Shown here piece after piece: positions 1 to 9,003 of a stretch of DNA of 40,456 nucleotides. Each line of letters starts with the position of its first letter. The first letter of the stretch is position 1. Position numbers and translations under genes: made by a program. The stretch is taken from the IMG/VR virus record IMGVR_UViG_3300035003_000002, positions 1-40,456 of that record, one strand, 5' to 3'. This DNA comes from a virus (lineage: Duplodnaviria > Caudoviricetes). The notes under the pieces are model-generated. The model was not told the origin of the DNA. It did not search any database and saw only the letters and a program-made list of their open reading frames with translations.

Positions 1-849
1 GTGAACACCACGCTGAACACCCTTGCCATCCCGCTTGCCCAGATCCGCGTGGGCGAACGGCTGCGCCCGGTCGATCCGGCCTATGTCGAGCTGCTGGCGG
101 CGTCTCTGGCCGAGCGCGGCCAGGACACGCCGATCCAGGTGCGCCCGCGCGCCGATGCGCCCGGCGAATACGACCTGGTGGCCGGCGGCCACCGCGTGGC
201 GGCGGCCCAGCTGGCGGGCCTCGCCACGCTGGAGGCCCGCGTGGTGGACGCCACGGATGACGAGGCCAAGCTGGCCGAGATCGACGAGAACCTGATGCGG
301 CGCGAATTGTCGGCGCTGGATCGCGCGGTATTCCTGGCGGCGCGGCAGGAGGTGTATCTGCGCCTCAACCCGCAGACTGCACGCGGAAAAAACAACAAAA
401 CCAAGGGGATCGCTGAAACGACAAGCTTGTCGTTTCAGGGCCGCAGCTTCGCAAAGGCGACCGCTGAGCGCCTCGGGTTGGACGAGCGCACCATCCAGCG
501 CGCCGTGGCCCGCGCCAAGATCGACCCCGCGGTGCGGGCGAAGCTGGTGGGCCACCCGGTGGCCGAGAGCGGCGCCGAGTTGGACAAGCTGGCCGCCCAG
601 CCGCCGCTGCGCCAGGCGATGGTGGTGGAGATGCTGACGCGGCCCGAGAAGCCCGCGCGCAACATCTCGGCCGCGCTGGCGGAGATCGCCGGCCCGGCGC
701 CCACAACGCGCGCCTTCGAGACGATGCGGGGCTTCAACGCCCTGCAATCGGCCTGGAAGAAGGCCAACCGCGCGGCGCGGCGGCAGTTCCTGGAATTCCT
801 CGCTGATGACGGCGAGATCGATCTGCCGGCGAAGGAGCGCGCGGCATGA
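1..849 (+). CDS. ParB N-terminal-domain DNA-binding protein
   Basis: ParBc-like motifs (LAASLAERGQDTPIQV, LVAGGHRVAA, EIDENLMRRELSALDRA) followed by an HTH (ATAERLGLDERTIQRAV); GTG start at window edge. Confidence 0.88.
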   Translation: MNTTLNTLAIPLAQIRVGERLRPVDPAYVELLAASLAERGQDTPIQVRPRADAPGEYDLVAGGHRVAAAQLAGLATLEARVVDATDDEAKLAEIDENLMRRELSALDRAVFLAARQEVYLRLNPQTARGKNNKTKGIAETTSLSFQGRSFAKATAERLGLDERTIQRAVARAKIDPAVRAKLVGHPVAESGAELDKLAAQPPLRQAMVVEMLTRPEKPARNISAALAEIAGPAPTTRAFETMRGFNALQSAWKKANRAARRQFLEFLADDGEIDLPAKERAA

Positions 850-1103
850 GCGCGAAGATGATCCGCAGCCATCTGGGCGCGGGCCACATCGCGTTCCGCG
901 CGCGGCGTGAGGCGCAGCAGAACCGGGGTGGGGCGAGCCCCGCAGTTCTGCGCGCCCTGCGGCAGGCAATCCTGGGGCCGGCTACATCCACTCCTCCAGC
1001 AGCCGCCGCGCGTCCTGCAGGACTTTCGTGTCCGACGCCATCGGCGCGGCCTCACACGCGCGGAGCGCGCGGTCGAGCAGATCGCGGCGGGTCTGCTCTG
1101 TGA
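846..1103 (+). CDS. hypothetical protein (doubtful 3' part)
   Basis: ATGA-coupled to the ParB-like gene, but the 3' half overlaps a better-supported minus-strand gene. Confidence 0.35.
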   Translation: MSAKMIRSHLGAGHIAFRARREAQQNRGGASPAVLRALRQAILGPATSTPPAAAARPAGLSCPTPSARPHTRGARGRADRGGSAL

Positions 1104-1194
1104 GCGCGCCGGTGTCACGCATGTGCACGAGCAGGACGTGCAGCAGCGTCCAGGCGGCCAGGGCCATGCCCCCGGCCGAGAAATCCTTGTCCAT
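982..1194 (-). CDS. small antisense-oriented hypothetical protein, 70 aa (MDKDFSAGG...LLEEWM)
   Basis: GGAGAGAGGG purine-rich SD directly before ATG (CAT at 1192-1194); protein-like composition with one hydrophobic stretch. Confidence 0.6.
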   Translation of the reverse strand: MDKDFSAGGMALAAWTLLHVLLVHMRDTGALTEQTRRDLLDRALRACEAAPMASDTKVLQDARRLLEEWM

Positions 1195-1296
1195 CCCTCT
1201 CTCCATCGGTCGATTCGCAGCGCTGATGGTAGGGGCCTGGCCGGCGGTTGCCATCGCCATGATGGCGCCGCCGGCCAGCGTCGCGGAGTGCGCGGC

Positions 1297-1467
1297 ATGA
1301 TCCCGCCCTTCTCCAACCGCGGCGACAGCGAGTGGACCGGCTGCTGGCCGAAGCGTGAGCCCGAGCTGGCGCCGCTGGCCTGGTGGGAGGTGGCGCTGGG
1401 CGCGCTCGCATACGCCGCCAGCGCCTTCCTGATGATCTTCATCTTCTTCGTGATCCTGGGGGCCTGA
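1297..1467 (+). CDS. small single-pass membrane protein, 56 aa
   Basis: GGAG upstream; C-terminal hydrophobic helix WWEVALGALAYAASAFLMIFIFFVILGA. Confidence 0.6.
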   Translation: MIPPFSNRGDSEWTGCWPKREPELAPLAWWEVALGALAYAASAFLMIFIFFVILGA

Positions 1468-1469
1468 GC

Positions 1470-1910
1470 ATGTCGGCCGCGCAACTCGATCTCCTGGGCT
1501 GGGAGGCGCCGCAGGGCGCTCTGGCTTTCGCGGAGCGCGACGTGCGCGGCGCCACGCTGGCCGCGCGGGTCTCGCGTGCCGTGTCCGTCTCCCTGCGCGA
1601 CTGCGGCCGGCCGCGCCGCGTGGTGGCGGCCACCATGTCGGACCTGCTGGGCGAGGCCGTCAGCCCCGCCATGCTGGATGCCTACGCATCGGTCGCGCGG
1701 GGCGAGCACCGCATCAGCGTGCCGCGCTATGCCGCCCTCGCCCAGGCCACGGCGGACAGGCGGCTGCTGGAGATGCTGGCCGCGCCGATGGGCCTGGCCG
1801 TGATCGATCGGCACCACCTGCGCCTGATCGAGCTGGCCGTCCTGCGGCAGCAGGAAGACGCGCTGCGACGCCGCCGCCAGGCGTTGGCGCGCGGGGGCAT
1901 GACAGCATGA
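1470..1910 (+). CDS. putative phage regulatory/DNA-binding protein upstream of MuA
   Basis: 146 aa (MSAAQLDLLGW...VSPAMLDAYAS...HRIS...), ATGA-coupled to the transposase; ORF type often seen before transposase A in alphaproteobacterial Mu-like phages (from memory). Confidence 0.6.
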   Translation: MSAAQLDLLGWEAPQGALAFAERDVRGATLAARVSRAVSVSLRDCGRPRRVVAATMSDLLGEAVSPAMLDAYASVARGEHRISVPRYAALAQATADRRLLEMLAAPMGLAVIDRHHLRLIELAVLRQQEDALRRRRQALARGGMTA

Positions 1911-3862
1911 CGGAATGGCTGAACGCATCACAGATCGCCGCGCTGCGGCTGCCGCACATGCCGCAGACCAAGGCGAATGTGCTGCGCGCGGCGCTGCGTG
2001 AGGGCTGGACGCTGCCGGAGGCCGAGGGCCGCAGCTGGCGCCGGCGCGCCGGGCGCGGCGGGGGCGTGGAGTTCCATGTGAGCGTGCTGCCGCTTCCGGC
2101 GCAGGCCACGCTGCGGCTGCGCGCCGCGCCGCCCAAGCCCGCCACGCGCGAGGCCGCGAAGGAACACCTGAGCCACGCCGAGGCGTGGGACTGGTTCGAG
2201 CGCCTGCCCGAGAAGAAGCGCGCCGAGGCCGCGCGCCGGCTGCAACTGCTCGACGCGGTGGCGGCGATGGTGGGCACGGGCACGCCGAAGGTGAACGCCA
2301 TCGCCACGCACTGCGCGAAGGCCGGCATCTCGGCGCAGACCTACTACAACTGGGAGAATGCGGCCGCATGCGTGCCGCCCGAGCACCGGCTGCCGCGCCT
2401 GGCGCCGCGCCATGCCGGGCGCCGGGAGATGCGCGCCGAATGCCCGCCCGAGGCGCTGGCCTGGCTGCGCAGCGAGTGGCTGGAGAGCTACCAGCCGACC
2501 GTCGAGGAGGCCATCCGCCGGCTGCGCAAGGTGGCGCCCGGCAAGGGCTGGGCGCTGCCCAGCGACCGCACGCTGCGCCGCCACTTGGACAGCATCCCGC
2601 GCACCGTCGCGACCTATCACCGCAAGGGCCGCGAGGCCGCGGACCGCATGTTCCCCATGCTGCGGCGGGACAAATCCGCGCTGCACGCGCTGGAGATGGT
2701 GAATGCGGACGGCCACCGCTTCGACGTGATGGTGCGCTGGCCCGATGGGGTCGAGGCGCGGCCCATGTGCACCACCTTCCAGGACGTCTACAGCGGCAAG
2801 GTTTTGTCCTGGCGCGTCGACCGCAGCGAGAACACGGACAGCTTCCGCCTGGCCTTCGGCGATGTGGTGGAGAAGTTCGGCATCCCGGACCACGTCTTCG
2901 TCGACAACACGCTTGCGGCGGCGAACAAGACGATGTCGGGCGGCGTGCGCCGGCGCTTCCGCTTCAAGGTGCGGGAGGAGGAGCCGCTGGGCATCCTGCC
3001 GCTGCTGGACGTGACGGTGCATTTCACGCGCCCCTACAGCGGCCAGTCCAAGCCCATCGAGCGCGCCTTCGGCGACTTCGCGCGCGACATCGCCCGCCAC
3101 CCCGCCTTCCGCGGCGCCTACCTGGGCAACAGCACCAGCACCAAGCCGCATGACCATGGCGCGCGCGCCGTGCCGCTGGACGAATTCCTCGCGGTGCTGG
3201 AGCGCGGCATCGCCGACCACAACGCGCGGCCCGGCCGCACCGGCGGCGTATGCTTCGGCCGCAGCTTCGATGAGGTCTACGCCGAGAGCGCGGCGAATGC
3301 GCCGATCCGCGTGGCCACCGCGACGCAGCGGCGCATGTTCCTGCTGGCGGCCGATGCCGTGACGGTACGGCAGGACGCGACGGTGCACCTGCACCGCAAC
3401 CGCTACCACCACGACCTGCTGGCGGACATGATCGGCGCGCAGATCGTGGTGCGGTTCGACCCCGACAACCTGCATGGCAGCGTGCACCTGTATCGGCTGG
3501 ATGGCAGCTACATCGCCGAGGCCGCCTGCTGGGCCGACACCGGCTTTGCCGACACCGAGGCCGCGCGCCGCTTCGCCCAGGCGCGCAAGCAGCGCCGCCG
3601 CGGCCTGAAGCTGGCGGCCGAGGCGCAGACGCAGATCGACGCCGCCGAACGCGCGCGGGACCTGAGCGAGGTGGAAGCCGCGCCGCTGGCCGAGCCCGCA
3701 CGCTCGGCGGTGGTGCGCGGCGTGTTCCGCACCGCGGGCAACGCCGCGCTGAAGCAGCGCACGCATGAATTGGAGGACGACCTGCCGGCCGCGACGCGCG
3801 CGCAGGTGCTGGCCCTCGACGCCTTCTTTCCCGCGCCGAAAGCCCGGCCGGCGAAAGAGTAG
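1907..3862 (+). CDS. Mu-like DDE transposase A
   Basis: N-terminal Mu DNA-binding domain (MTEWLNASQIAALRLPHMP), DDE residues in NADGH / VDNT / KPIERAF, C-terminal Mu-transposase-C-like segment (VVRFDPDNLH). Confidence 0.96.
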   Translation: MTEWLNASQIAALRLPHMPQTKANVLRAALREGWTLPEAEGRSWRRRAGRGGGVEFHVSVLPLPAQATLRLRAAPPKPATREAAKEHLSHAEAWDWFERLPEKKRAEAARRLQLLDAVAAMVGTGTPKVNAIATHCAKAGISAQTYYNWENAAACVPPEHRLPRLAPRHAGRREMRAECPPEALAWLRSEWLESYQPTVEEAIRRLRKVAPGKGWALPSDRTLRRHLDSIPRTVATYHRKGREAADRMFPMLRRDKSALHALEMVNADGHRFDVMVRWPDGVEARPMCTTFQDVYSGKVLSWRVDRSENTDSFRLAFGDVVEKFGIPDHVFVDNTLAAANKTMSGGVRRRFRFKVREEEPLGILPLLDVTVHFTRPYSGQSKPIERAFGDFARDIARHPAFRGAYLGNSTSTKPHDHGARAVPLDEFLAVLERGIADHNARPGRTGGVCFGRSFDEVYAESAANAPIRVATATQRRMFLLAADAVTVRQDATVHLHRNRYHHDLLADMIGAQIVVRFDPDNLHGSVHLYRLDGSYIAEAACWADTGFADTEAARRFAQARKQRRRGLKLAAEAQTQIDAAERARDLSEVEAAPLAEPARSAVVRGVFRTAGNAALKQRTHELEDDLPAATRAQVLALDAFFPAPKARPAKE

Positions 3863-3891
3863 GGCCGGGGGCGTTGGCGCGCCCCCGGCCC
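3862..3891 (+). promoter_or_regulatory. perfect 12-bp hairpin in the MuA-MuB spacer
   Basis: GGGCCGGGGGCG-TTGGCG-CGCCCCCGGCCC; no U-tract follows; function unknown. Confidence 0.6.
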
Positions 3892-3932
3892 GAGTGACCA
3901 ACCCTCGATACCGTAGAAGGAGCTTCCGTAGC

Positions 3933-4901
3933 ATGCCCTCAGACAGCCCTCCAAGCCCCGACGACCGGGCCCAGCACGAGGCCGAGCGCCTGCCGCTGGC
4001 GCAGCAGATCGTCGAGATCAAATCCGCGCAGTCCCTGTCCTGGACCGAAATGGGCAAGCAGGTTGGCGTCGCGTTCCAGACGCTGCAGGCCTGGGCCTCC
4101 GGGACCTACGCCGGCCGCATCGACCGCGTGAACGCCGATGTGCGGAAGTACCTCGACGCGCTGCAGAAGCGCGAGGCGCTGGTGCTGGAAATGCTGCCGG
4201 ACCCCGGCTTCGTCCCGACCGAGGCCGCCAACGCCTTCCAGGCGATGTTCCGGCAGGGCATGGCCATCAAGGGCGTGGTGACGGTGATCGGCGCGCCGGG
4301 CGTGGGCAAGACCACGGCCGCCAAGCACTTCGCCGCCACCACCCCGAACGTGGTCATGCTGAACTGCCTGGCCGGCTTCGCCTCGCCCGCCTGGCTGATC
4401 GGCGAGCTGTGCCGGGTGCTGCGGCTGAGCGAGCGCGGGCAGTCGCCGCGCGCGGTGCCGGCGATCATCGACCGGCTGACCGGCAAGTCCGCCATGGTGA
4501 TCGTGGACGAGGCGAACCACCTGCGCTCCGACGCCATCGACCTGCTGCGCGGCATCTGCGAGCACGCCGATTGCGGCCTGGCGCTGGTGGGCAATGAGCG
4601 CGTCATCAGCCTGATCGAGGGCACGCGGCAGAGCGACTTCGCCCAGCTGCACAGCCGCCAGAAGGGCCGGCTGCGCATCGACAAGCCGACGCGCGGCGAC
4701 GTGGACCGCCTGCTGGCTGCCTGGGGCGTGCAGGACGACCAGGTGGCCAAGCTGCTGCGCCAGGCCGCCGCCAGCGCCGCCGGCGGCGCGCTGCGCCGCA
4801 TGATCACGACGCTGCAGCTGGCGCACATGCTGGCCGCGAGCAAGCGCGAGACGCTCTCGGCCGAGCATGTCTCGGCTGCCGACCTGTCGCTGCGGGCTTG
4901 A
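3933..4901 (+). CDS. MuB-like AAA+ transposition ATPase
   Basis: N-terminal HTH, Walker A GAPGVGKT, Walker B VIVDEANHL, LALVGNE; AAGGAG SD before ATG 3933; follows MuA. Confidence 0.95.
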   Translation: MPSDSPPSPDDRAQHEAERLPLAQQIVEIKSAQSLSWTEMGKQVGVAFQTLQAWASGTYAGRIDRVNADVRKYLDALQKREALVLEMLPDPGFVPTEAANAFQAMFRQGMAIKGVVTVIGAPGVGKTTAAKHFAATTPNVVMLNCLAGFASPAWLIGELCRVLRLSERGQSPRAVPAIIDRLTGKSAMVIVDEANHLRSDAIDLLRGICEHADCGLALVGNERVISLIEGTRQSDFAQLHSRQKGRLRIDKPTRGDVDRLLAAWGVQDDQVAKLLRQAAASAAGGALRRMITTLQLAHMLAASKRETLSAEHVSAADLSLRA

Positions 4902-4906
4902 GGGCC

Positions 4907-5197
4907 ATGACAATGACACACCTGGCCCCGCTGTTCGCCGCCACCGCCGCCGCCTGGGGCGCCACGCCCGAGGCGCTGCACGGAAGGCGCAACCCGAAGA
5001 TCCTCGGACCCGCCCGGCAGGCCTTCGTCCTGGCCGCCATCCGCGGCACCGGCCACAGCTACCGCGAGATCGCGCGCGCGATGAAGCGCGACCACTCGAC
5101 GGTGATGGCGGCCGAGACCGTCGCCCGCGCGCGCGAGGCCGCCGAGCCCGCCTTCGCCGCGCGCGTGGCGCAGCTGATCGAGCGGAGGGGCGCATGA
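4907..5197 (+). CDS. DnaA C-terminal-like HTH protein (copy 1)
   Basis: ARQ...GHSYREIARAMKRDHSTVM resembles DnaA domain IV (SLPEIG..FGGRDHTTV). Confidence 0.8.
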   Translation: MTMTHLAPLFAATAAAWGATPEALHGRRNPKILGPARQAFVLAAIRGTGHSYREIARAMKRDHSTVMAAETVARAREAAEPAFAARVAQLIERRGA

Positions 5198-5418
5198 GCG
5201 AGACGCCGATAGCCGCGCGCATCCGCGCCGTGGCCGCGGGCATCGCGCCGGCGGTGAATGACGGCGCGCGGGTGACGCCCGCAGAAGCGCGCCAGCTCTA
5301 CTACGGGCTGCTGGACATCGCGCAGGCCTGCGAGGCGATGGAGCGCCGGGCCCGCCGCCTGGCCATCCAGACCATGGTCAGCCGCCGCGCCATCCCGCTG
5401 CGGGAGGGCGAGCGATGA
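5194..5418 (+). CDS. hypothetical protein, 74 aa
   Basis: GGAGGG SD; ATGA coupling at both ends. Confidence 0.65.
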   Translation: MSETPIAARIRAVAAGIAPAVNDGARVTPAEARQLYYGLLDIAQACEAMERRARRLAIQTMVSRRAIPLREGER

Positions 5419-5789
5419 TCACGCTGCACGAACGCCTGACCGCCATCGAGCACCGGCTGCAATCGCTGGAGCGGCCGAAGGTGCACGGCACCCTGCGCCA
5501 GGTGCTGGAGGTGGTGGCCGACGCCTATTGCGTGACGGTGGAGGCGCTGCTGCGCCCCGACCGTTCGCAGGCCGCGGTGCTGCCGCGCTGGATGGCCATG
5601 TATCTGGCCCGCACGACGCTGGGCCTCAGCCTGCCGCAGATCGGCCGCCAGATGGGGCGCGACCACTCGACCGTCCTGCACGGCGTGCGCCGCATCGAGG
5701 CCATGGCGAAGCACGACCGCGACTTCGCGGAGGCGCTGCGCGCGCTCTCCGCCACCGTCATCGAAACCCAGAAAAGGAGCCGGACATGA
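5415..5789 (+). CDS. DnaA C-terminal-like HTH protein (copy 2)
   Basis: PRWMAMYLARTTLGLSLPQIGRQMGRDHSTVLHGVRRI closely follows the Bac_DnaA_C pattern. Confidence 0.88.
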   Translation: MITLHERLTAIEHRLQSLERPKVHGTLRQVLEVVADAYCVTVEALLRPDRSQAAVLPRWMAMYLARTTLGLSLPQIGRQMGRDHSTVLHGVRRIEAMAKHDRDFAEALRALSATVIETQKRSRT

Positions 5790-6310
5790 GCCGCAGGAAG
5801 CGCGTGGCGGAAGATGTGCGCGTGCCGCGCGACATCGCCGAGGCCACGGAATTCGTCGCCCAGCTTGGTCACATCGATCGCTTCCTCGCGCTGATCAAGG
5901 CCGCGACGGAGGAGAGCATCGCGGCCGTCAAGGACGGCGCGGAGCGCGAGGCCGCGCCGCTGCTGGCCGAGGCCGAGCAGATCACCCGCGGCGTGCAGCT
6001 GTGGGCCGAGGCGAACCGGGCGGCGCTGACCGATGGCGGCAAGACCAAGACCATCACCCTGTCGTCGGGCGTGGTGGCGTGGCGGGCGCCGCCGCCGCGG
6101 GTGAAGATCCACGATGTGGATGCGGTGATCGCCGAGTTGCGCGAGCGCCAGCTGCAGCGCTTCCTGCGCGTGAAGACCGAGATCGACAAGCAGGCCATGC
6201 TGGGCGAGGCCGGCATCGCCGGGCTGGTGCCGGGCGTGGCCATCGCGCGCGGGCCCGAGGCCATCGTGATCGAGCCGGCGGCGGTGCCGCTGGCGGGCGG
6301 TGCGGCATGA
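5786..6310 (+). CDS. gam: Mu Gam-like host-nuclease inhibitor (DNA end protection)
   Basis: WAEANRAALTDGGKTKTITLSSGVVAWRAPPPRV and RFLRVKTEIDKQAML resemble Mu Gam; AAGGAG SD. Confidence 0.9.
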   Translation: MSRRKRVAEDVRVPRDIAEATEFVAQLGHIDRFLALIKAATEESIAAVKDGAEREAAPLLAEAEQITRGVQLWAEANRAALTDGGKTKTITLSSGVVAWRAPPPRVKIHDVDAVIAELRERQLQRFLRVKTEIDKQAMLGEAGIAGLVPGVAIARGPEAIVIEPAAVPLAGGAA

Positions 6311-6669
6311 GCGCGGCCCTCGATCCCGCCATCATCCTTGGCACGGTGGGCGTGCTGCGCGAGCTGATCGAGCAGCATCAGCGCCCCTGCACGGAGGATC
6401 CCGAGAGCCCGCGTTGCGTGACGGTGGAGGACATCAGCACCTTCCTCGCCGGCATGGAGGCCGCGGCGCGGCTGCTGGGGGCGAGCGTGCCCGAGGCGCC
6501 GCAGGCGTGGGTGGCTGCGCAGCTGATGCCCAGCGGTGAGATTGTGCCAAAGCCGAAGCGCGAGCGCGCCGGCAAGCTGACGCCCGAGGAGGCCCGCGCC
6601 CGCAAGCTGGAACAGCAGCGCAAGTGGCGCGAGCGCATGAAGGCCGTGAAGGCCGAGGTGGCGGCATGA
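6307..6669 (+). CDS. hypothetical protein with basic C-terminus
   Basis: ATGA-coupled; 120 aa ending ARKLEQQRKWRERMK. Confidence 0.65.
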   Translation: MSAALDPAIILGTVGVLRELIEQHQRPCTEDPESPRCVTVEDISTFLAGMEAAARLLGASVPEAPQAWVAAQLMPSGEIVPKPKRERAGKLTPEEARARKLEQQRKWRERMKAVKAEVAA

Positions 6670-6992
6670 TCCCCGCCGGACAACTTTCCGCCTGCTTCCT
6701 GGCGGTGGTGGAGTGGGCGCTGGCCGCCGGCGCGCAGCAGATCGAACGCCTGCCCGGCTGCTGGGAAGGTGCCATCGACGCCGAGTGGTCGGTGGCGCTG
6801 AACGGGCACGCCGCGCCGATGCCCGACAGCCGCGGCAACCTGGTGCCGGTGTGGTCGGCGCGCGTGTACCGCGACGGCGAGCCCGCCGCCTGCCTCGCGC
6901 TGCGCGAGGGCGTGGCCCTGCCAGGCGTCGAGGATGCGCTGATCACCGCCTGCGAGGCCGCGAAGCTGCGGCTGATGGTGCTGGACGCATGA
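6666..6992 (+). CDS. hypothetical protein, 108 aa
   Basis: GAGGT SD; ATGA-coupled at both ends. Confidence 0.65.
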   Translation: MIPAGQLSACFLAVVEWALAAGAQQIERLPGCWEGAIDAEWSVALNGHAAPMPDSRGNLVPVWSARVYRDGEPAACLALREGVALPGVEDALITACEAAKLRLMVLDA

Positions 6993-7462
6993 GCACCGCC
7001 ATCGCCCTGCGCCAGATCGGCGCGCCGCTGGCGCCGCTCGGCCTCACGCCCGACCTGGTGATGATCGAGTGCGCGCTCGGCGCCCTCGACACCGGTTTCG
7101 GCATGGACCGCGACCTGGACGCGGATATCTACGCCGCGATCGGCTGGCAGGTCAGCCGCGGCGAGATCAGCCGCCGGCGCATCGCCTGGCGCTGCCGCAG
7201 CCCCATCAGCGCGACGTGGGAGGCGCTGCCCTCGCCCACCTCCAGCCTCGACGATGCCGCGCACCTGGTGCCCTACGGCTGGGGCTGGGGCGCGGGCAAG
7301 ACCTTCGGCACGGGGCGCGCCTGGTGCCGCGAGATGCGCCCGCGCCCGGGGCACGAGCCCCGCTACAGCGAGTGCGAGCGCCTGAGCCCGGCGCGCGCCC
7401 TGACCGCCGCCGCGCTGCACGCGCATCGGTATCTGATCCTGGGGAGTGCGGGGCATGGGTGA
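6989..7462 (+). CDS. hypothetical Trp-rich phage protein, 157 aa
   Basis: ATGA-coupled; DRDLDADIYAAIGW...PTSSLDDAAHLVP.GW...PARALTAAALHA. Confidence 0.65.
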   Translation: MSTAIALRQIGAPLAPLGLTPDLVMIECALGALDTGFGMDRDLDADIYAAIGWQVSRGEISRRRIAWRCRSPISATWEALPSPTSSLDDAAHLVPYGWGWGAGKTFGTGRAWCREMRPRPGHEPRYSECERLSPARALTAAALHAHRYLILGSAGHG

Positions 7463-7772
7463 GCACCACGACATGGCGTGGCTTGAGACGTTGTCCGCTG
7501 AGGCCAGCGCGGCGATGCGCGAAACGGCGGAGAGGTTTCACACAGCCCTTGCCACGCTCCACGCCGCCGGCGAGCAGTTCGCCACCTATGCCGAGCAGCA
7601 TATGGCAAAGGGCACGCCGGAGGCCGACGCGAAGGCCGAGGTGAACCGAGGCTGGGCGATCCGCTGCTTCGACGCGTGTAACGCCGTGGCGTTCTTTGGC
7701 GGCCCCACCAAGCCCCTGATCATCTACGGCGAAAGCCGGAGCACCGAGACGCGGAGGCCCGGCCATGACTGA
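7455..7772 (+). CDS. hypothetical protein, 105 aa
   Basis: GGAG SD; overlaps both neighbours; more A/T-ending codons than flanking genes. Confidence 0.6.
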   Translation: MGEHHDMAWLETLSAEASAAMRETAERFHTALATLHAAGEQFATYAEQHMAKGTPEADAKAEVNRGWAIRCFDACNAVAFFGGPTKPLIIYGESRSTETRRPGHD

Positions 7773-8271
7773 CCGCGCCCGCACCCGCGTCGCTTTCCCT
7801 GCGCGCCAGCAGGGCAAAACGCTGGCCACCGCCATCGAGGCGAACGCGGCGGTCATGCGCCAGAAGGTGCAGATCGGCCGCAAGCAACTCGGCCTCGCCG
7901 ATGAGGACTACCGCGCCATCCTGCTGCGCGTGACCGGCCACACCACCAGCACCGCCTGCAACGTGCGGGAGCTGGATGCGCTGCTGCGCGAGTTCGCCCG
8001 CCTGGGCTTCAAGCCCGCGCCCGTGCGCAAGTTCAGCCCGAAGGCGCAGGTGCGCATGATCCACGCCATCTATGCCGACATCCAGCCCCTGCTGGCGGTG
8101 GGCGGCCCGGAGGCGCTGCGCAGCTTCGTGCGGCGCCAGACCAAATCCGACGCACACCCGCACGGCATCGACGCGCCGGAGTTCCTCGATGCCGAGCAGG
8201 CGACCAAGGTGGTCGAGGGCCTGAAGGCGTGGCGCACCCGCCTGCGCCGCAGCCAGGGGGGCGTGGCATGA
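7765..8271 (+). CDS. gemA: GemA / Mu gp16 (DUF1018) regulatory protein
   Basis: KVQIGRKQLGLADEDYRAILLRVTG...LLREFARLGFK and ATKVVEGLKAW motifs. Confidence 0.9.
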   Translation: MTDRARTRVAFPARQQGKTLATAIEANAAVMRQKVQIGRKQLGLADEDYRAILLRVTGHTTSTACNVRELDALLREFARLGFKPAPVRKFSPKAQVRMIHAIYADIQPLLAVGGPEALRSFVRRQTKSDAHPHGIDAPEFLDAEQATKVVEGLKAWRTRLRRSQGGVA

Positions 8272-8624
8272 CGCGCCCGCCGATCGACGCCATCCGCCAC
8301 GTGGCGCAGCTGCTGCTGATCGCCGAGCCGAACACCGCCTCGGCCACCGATGTGCGCGCCCGCTGGGCAGAGATGCTGCAGCAGGCCTCGGCCGCGCTGG
8401 AGGACGCTCCGGCGGCCGCCGCGGCCGACCAGGCGCTGCTGGCGCTGGAGGCCGCGCGCGCCGCGGTGGAACAGGGCGTGGCCGCGCTGGCCGGCACGCT
8501 GGCGCAGGTGGGCGTCGCCACGCTGATCCAGGCGAAGGACGAATACGCCTGGCACAGCGGCCTGATCGACCTGCCGGACGGACGGAAGCTGCACTTCGAG
8601 GGATCGCTGGAGGTGATGGAATGA
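8268..8624 (+). CDS. hypothetical protein, 118 aa
   Basis: ATGA-coupled at both ends. Confidence 0.6.
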   Translation: MTRPPIDAIRHVAQLLLIAEPNTASATDVRARWAEMLQQASAALEDAPAAAAADQALLALEAARAAVEQGVAALAGTLAQVGVATLIQAKDEYAWHSGLIDLPDGRKLHFEGSLEVME

Positions 8625-8818
8625 CCGCCTGGGTTCTCGTGGTGCTCTCGGCGCAGCTGAACGCGCTGCCGATCAGCACCGTGCACACCACCCGCGCGGC
8701 CTGCGAGGCGCAGCGCGCGGTGGAGGTGGTGCACCTGGCCGCCACCGGCCGCCGGCCGGCCGAGGCCTGGTGCCAGGCGGTGCGCGTGCCCGCCCTGCCG
8801 CCGGTGGGCCTGCCATGA
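8621..8818 (+). CDS. small protein with hydrophobic N-terminus and two Cys
   Basis: MTAWVLVVL...TRAACEA...AWCQ; GGAGGT SD. Confidence 0.65.
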   Translation: MTAWVLVVLSAQLNALPISTVHTTRAACEAQRAVEVVHLAATGRRPAEAWCQAVRVPALPPVGLP

Positions 8819-9003
8819 CGCTCGGCACCCTCACCCGCGACGCCCTGCGCCGCAGCCTGGTGGCCGCCATGCAGGCGGGCGCGCGCGGCGGAACTACCCG
8901 CGCCGATGTAGACCGGCTGCTGACCTATGCCGTGGATCAGATCGAGCACGCCATGATCCTCGACGGCCTGCGCGCCGACCAACTGGCGCTGGATCCGCAC
9001 TGA
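8815..9003 (+). CDS. hypothetical protein, 62 aa
   Basis: Translationally coupled at both ends. Confidence 0.55.
   Translation: MTLGTLTRDALRRSLVAAMQAGARGGTTRADVDRLLTYAVDQIEHAMILDGLRADQLALDPH

Noticed and set aside
1-849. ParABS partition system, or a split ParB-methyltransferase fusion with the gene at 39494-40456
   Set aside because: No ParA or parS array seen; the two genes are 39 kb apart on opposite strands; ParB-like early genes are known in some Mu-like phages.
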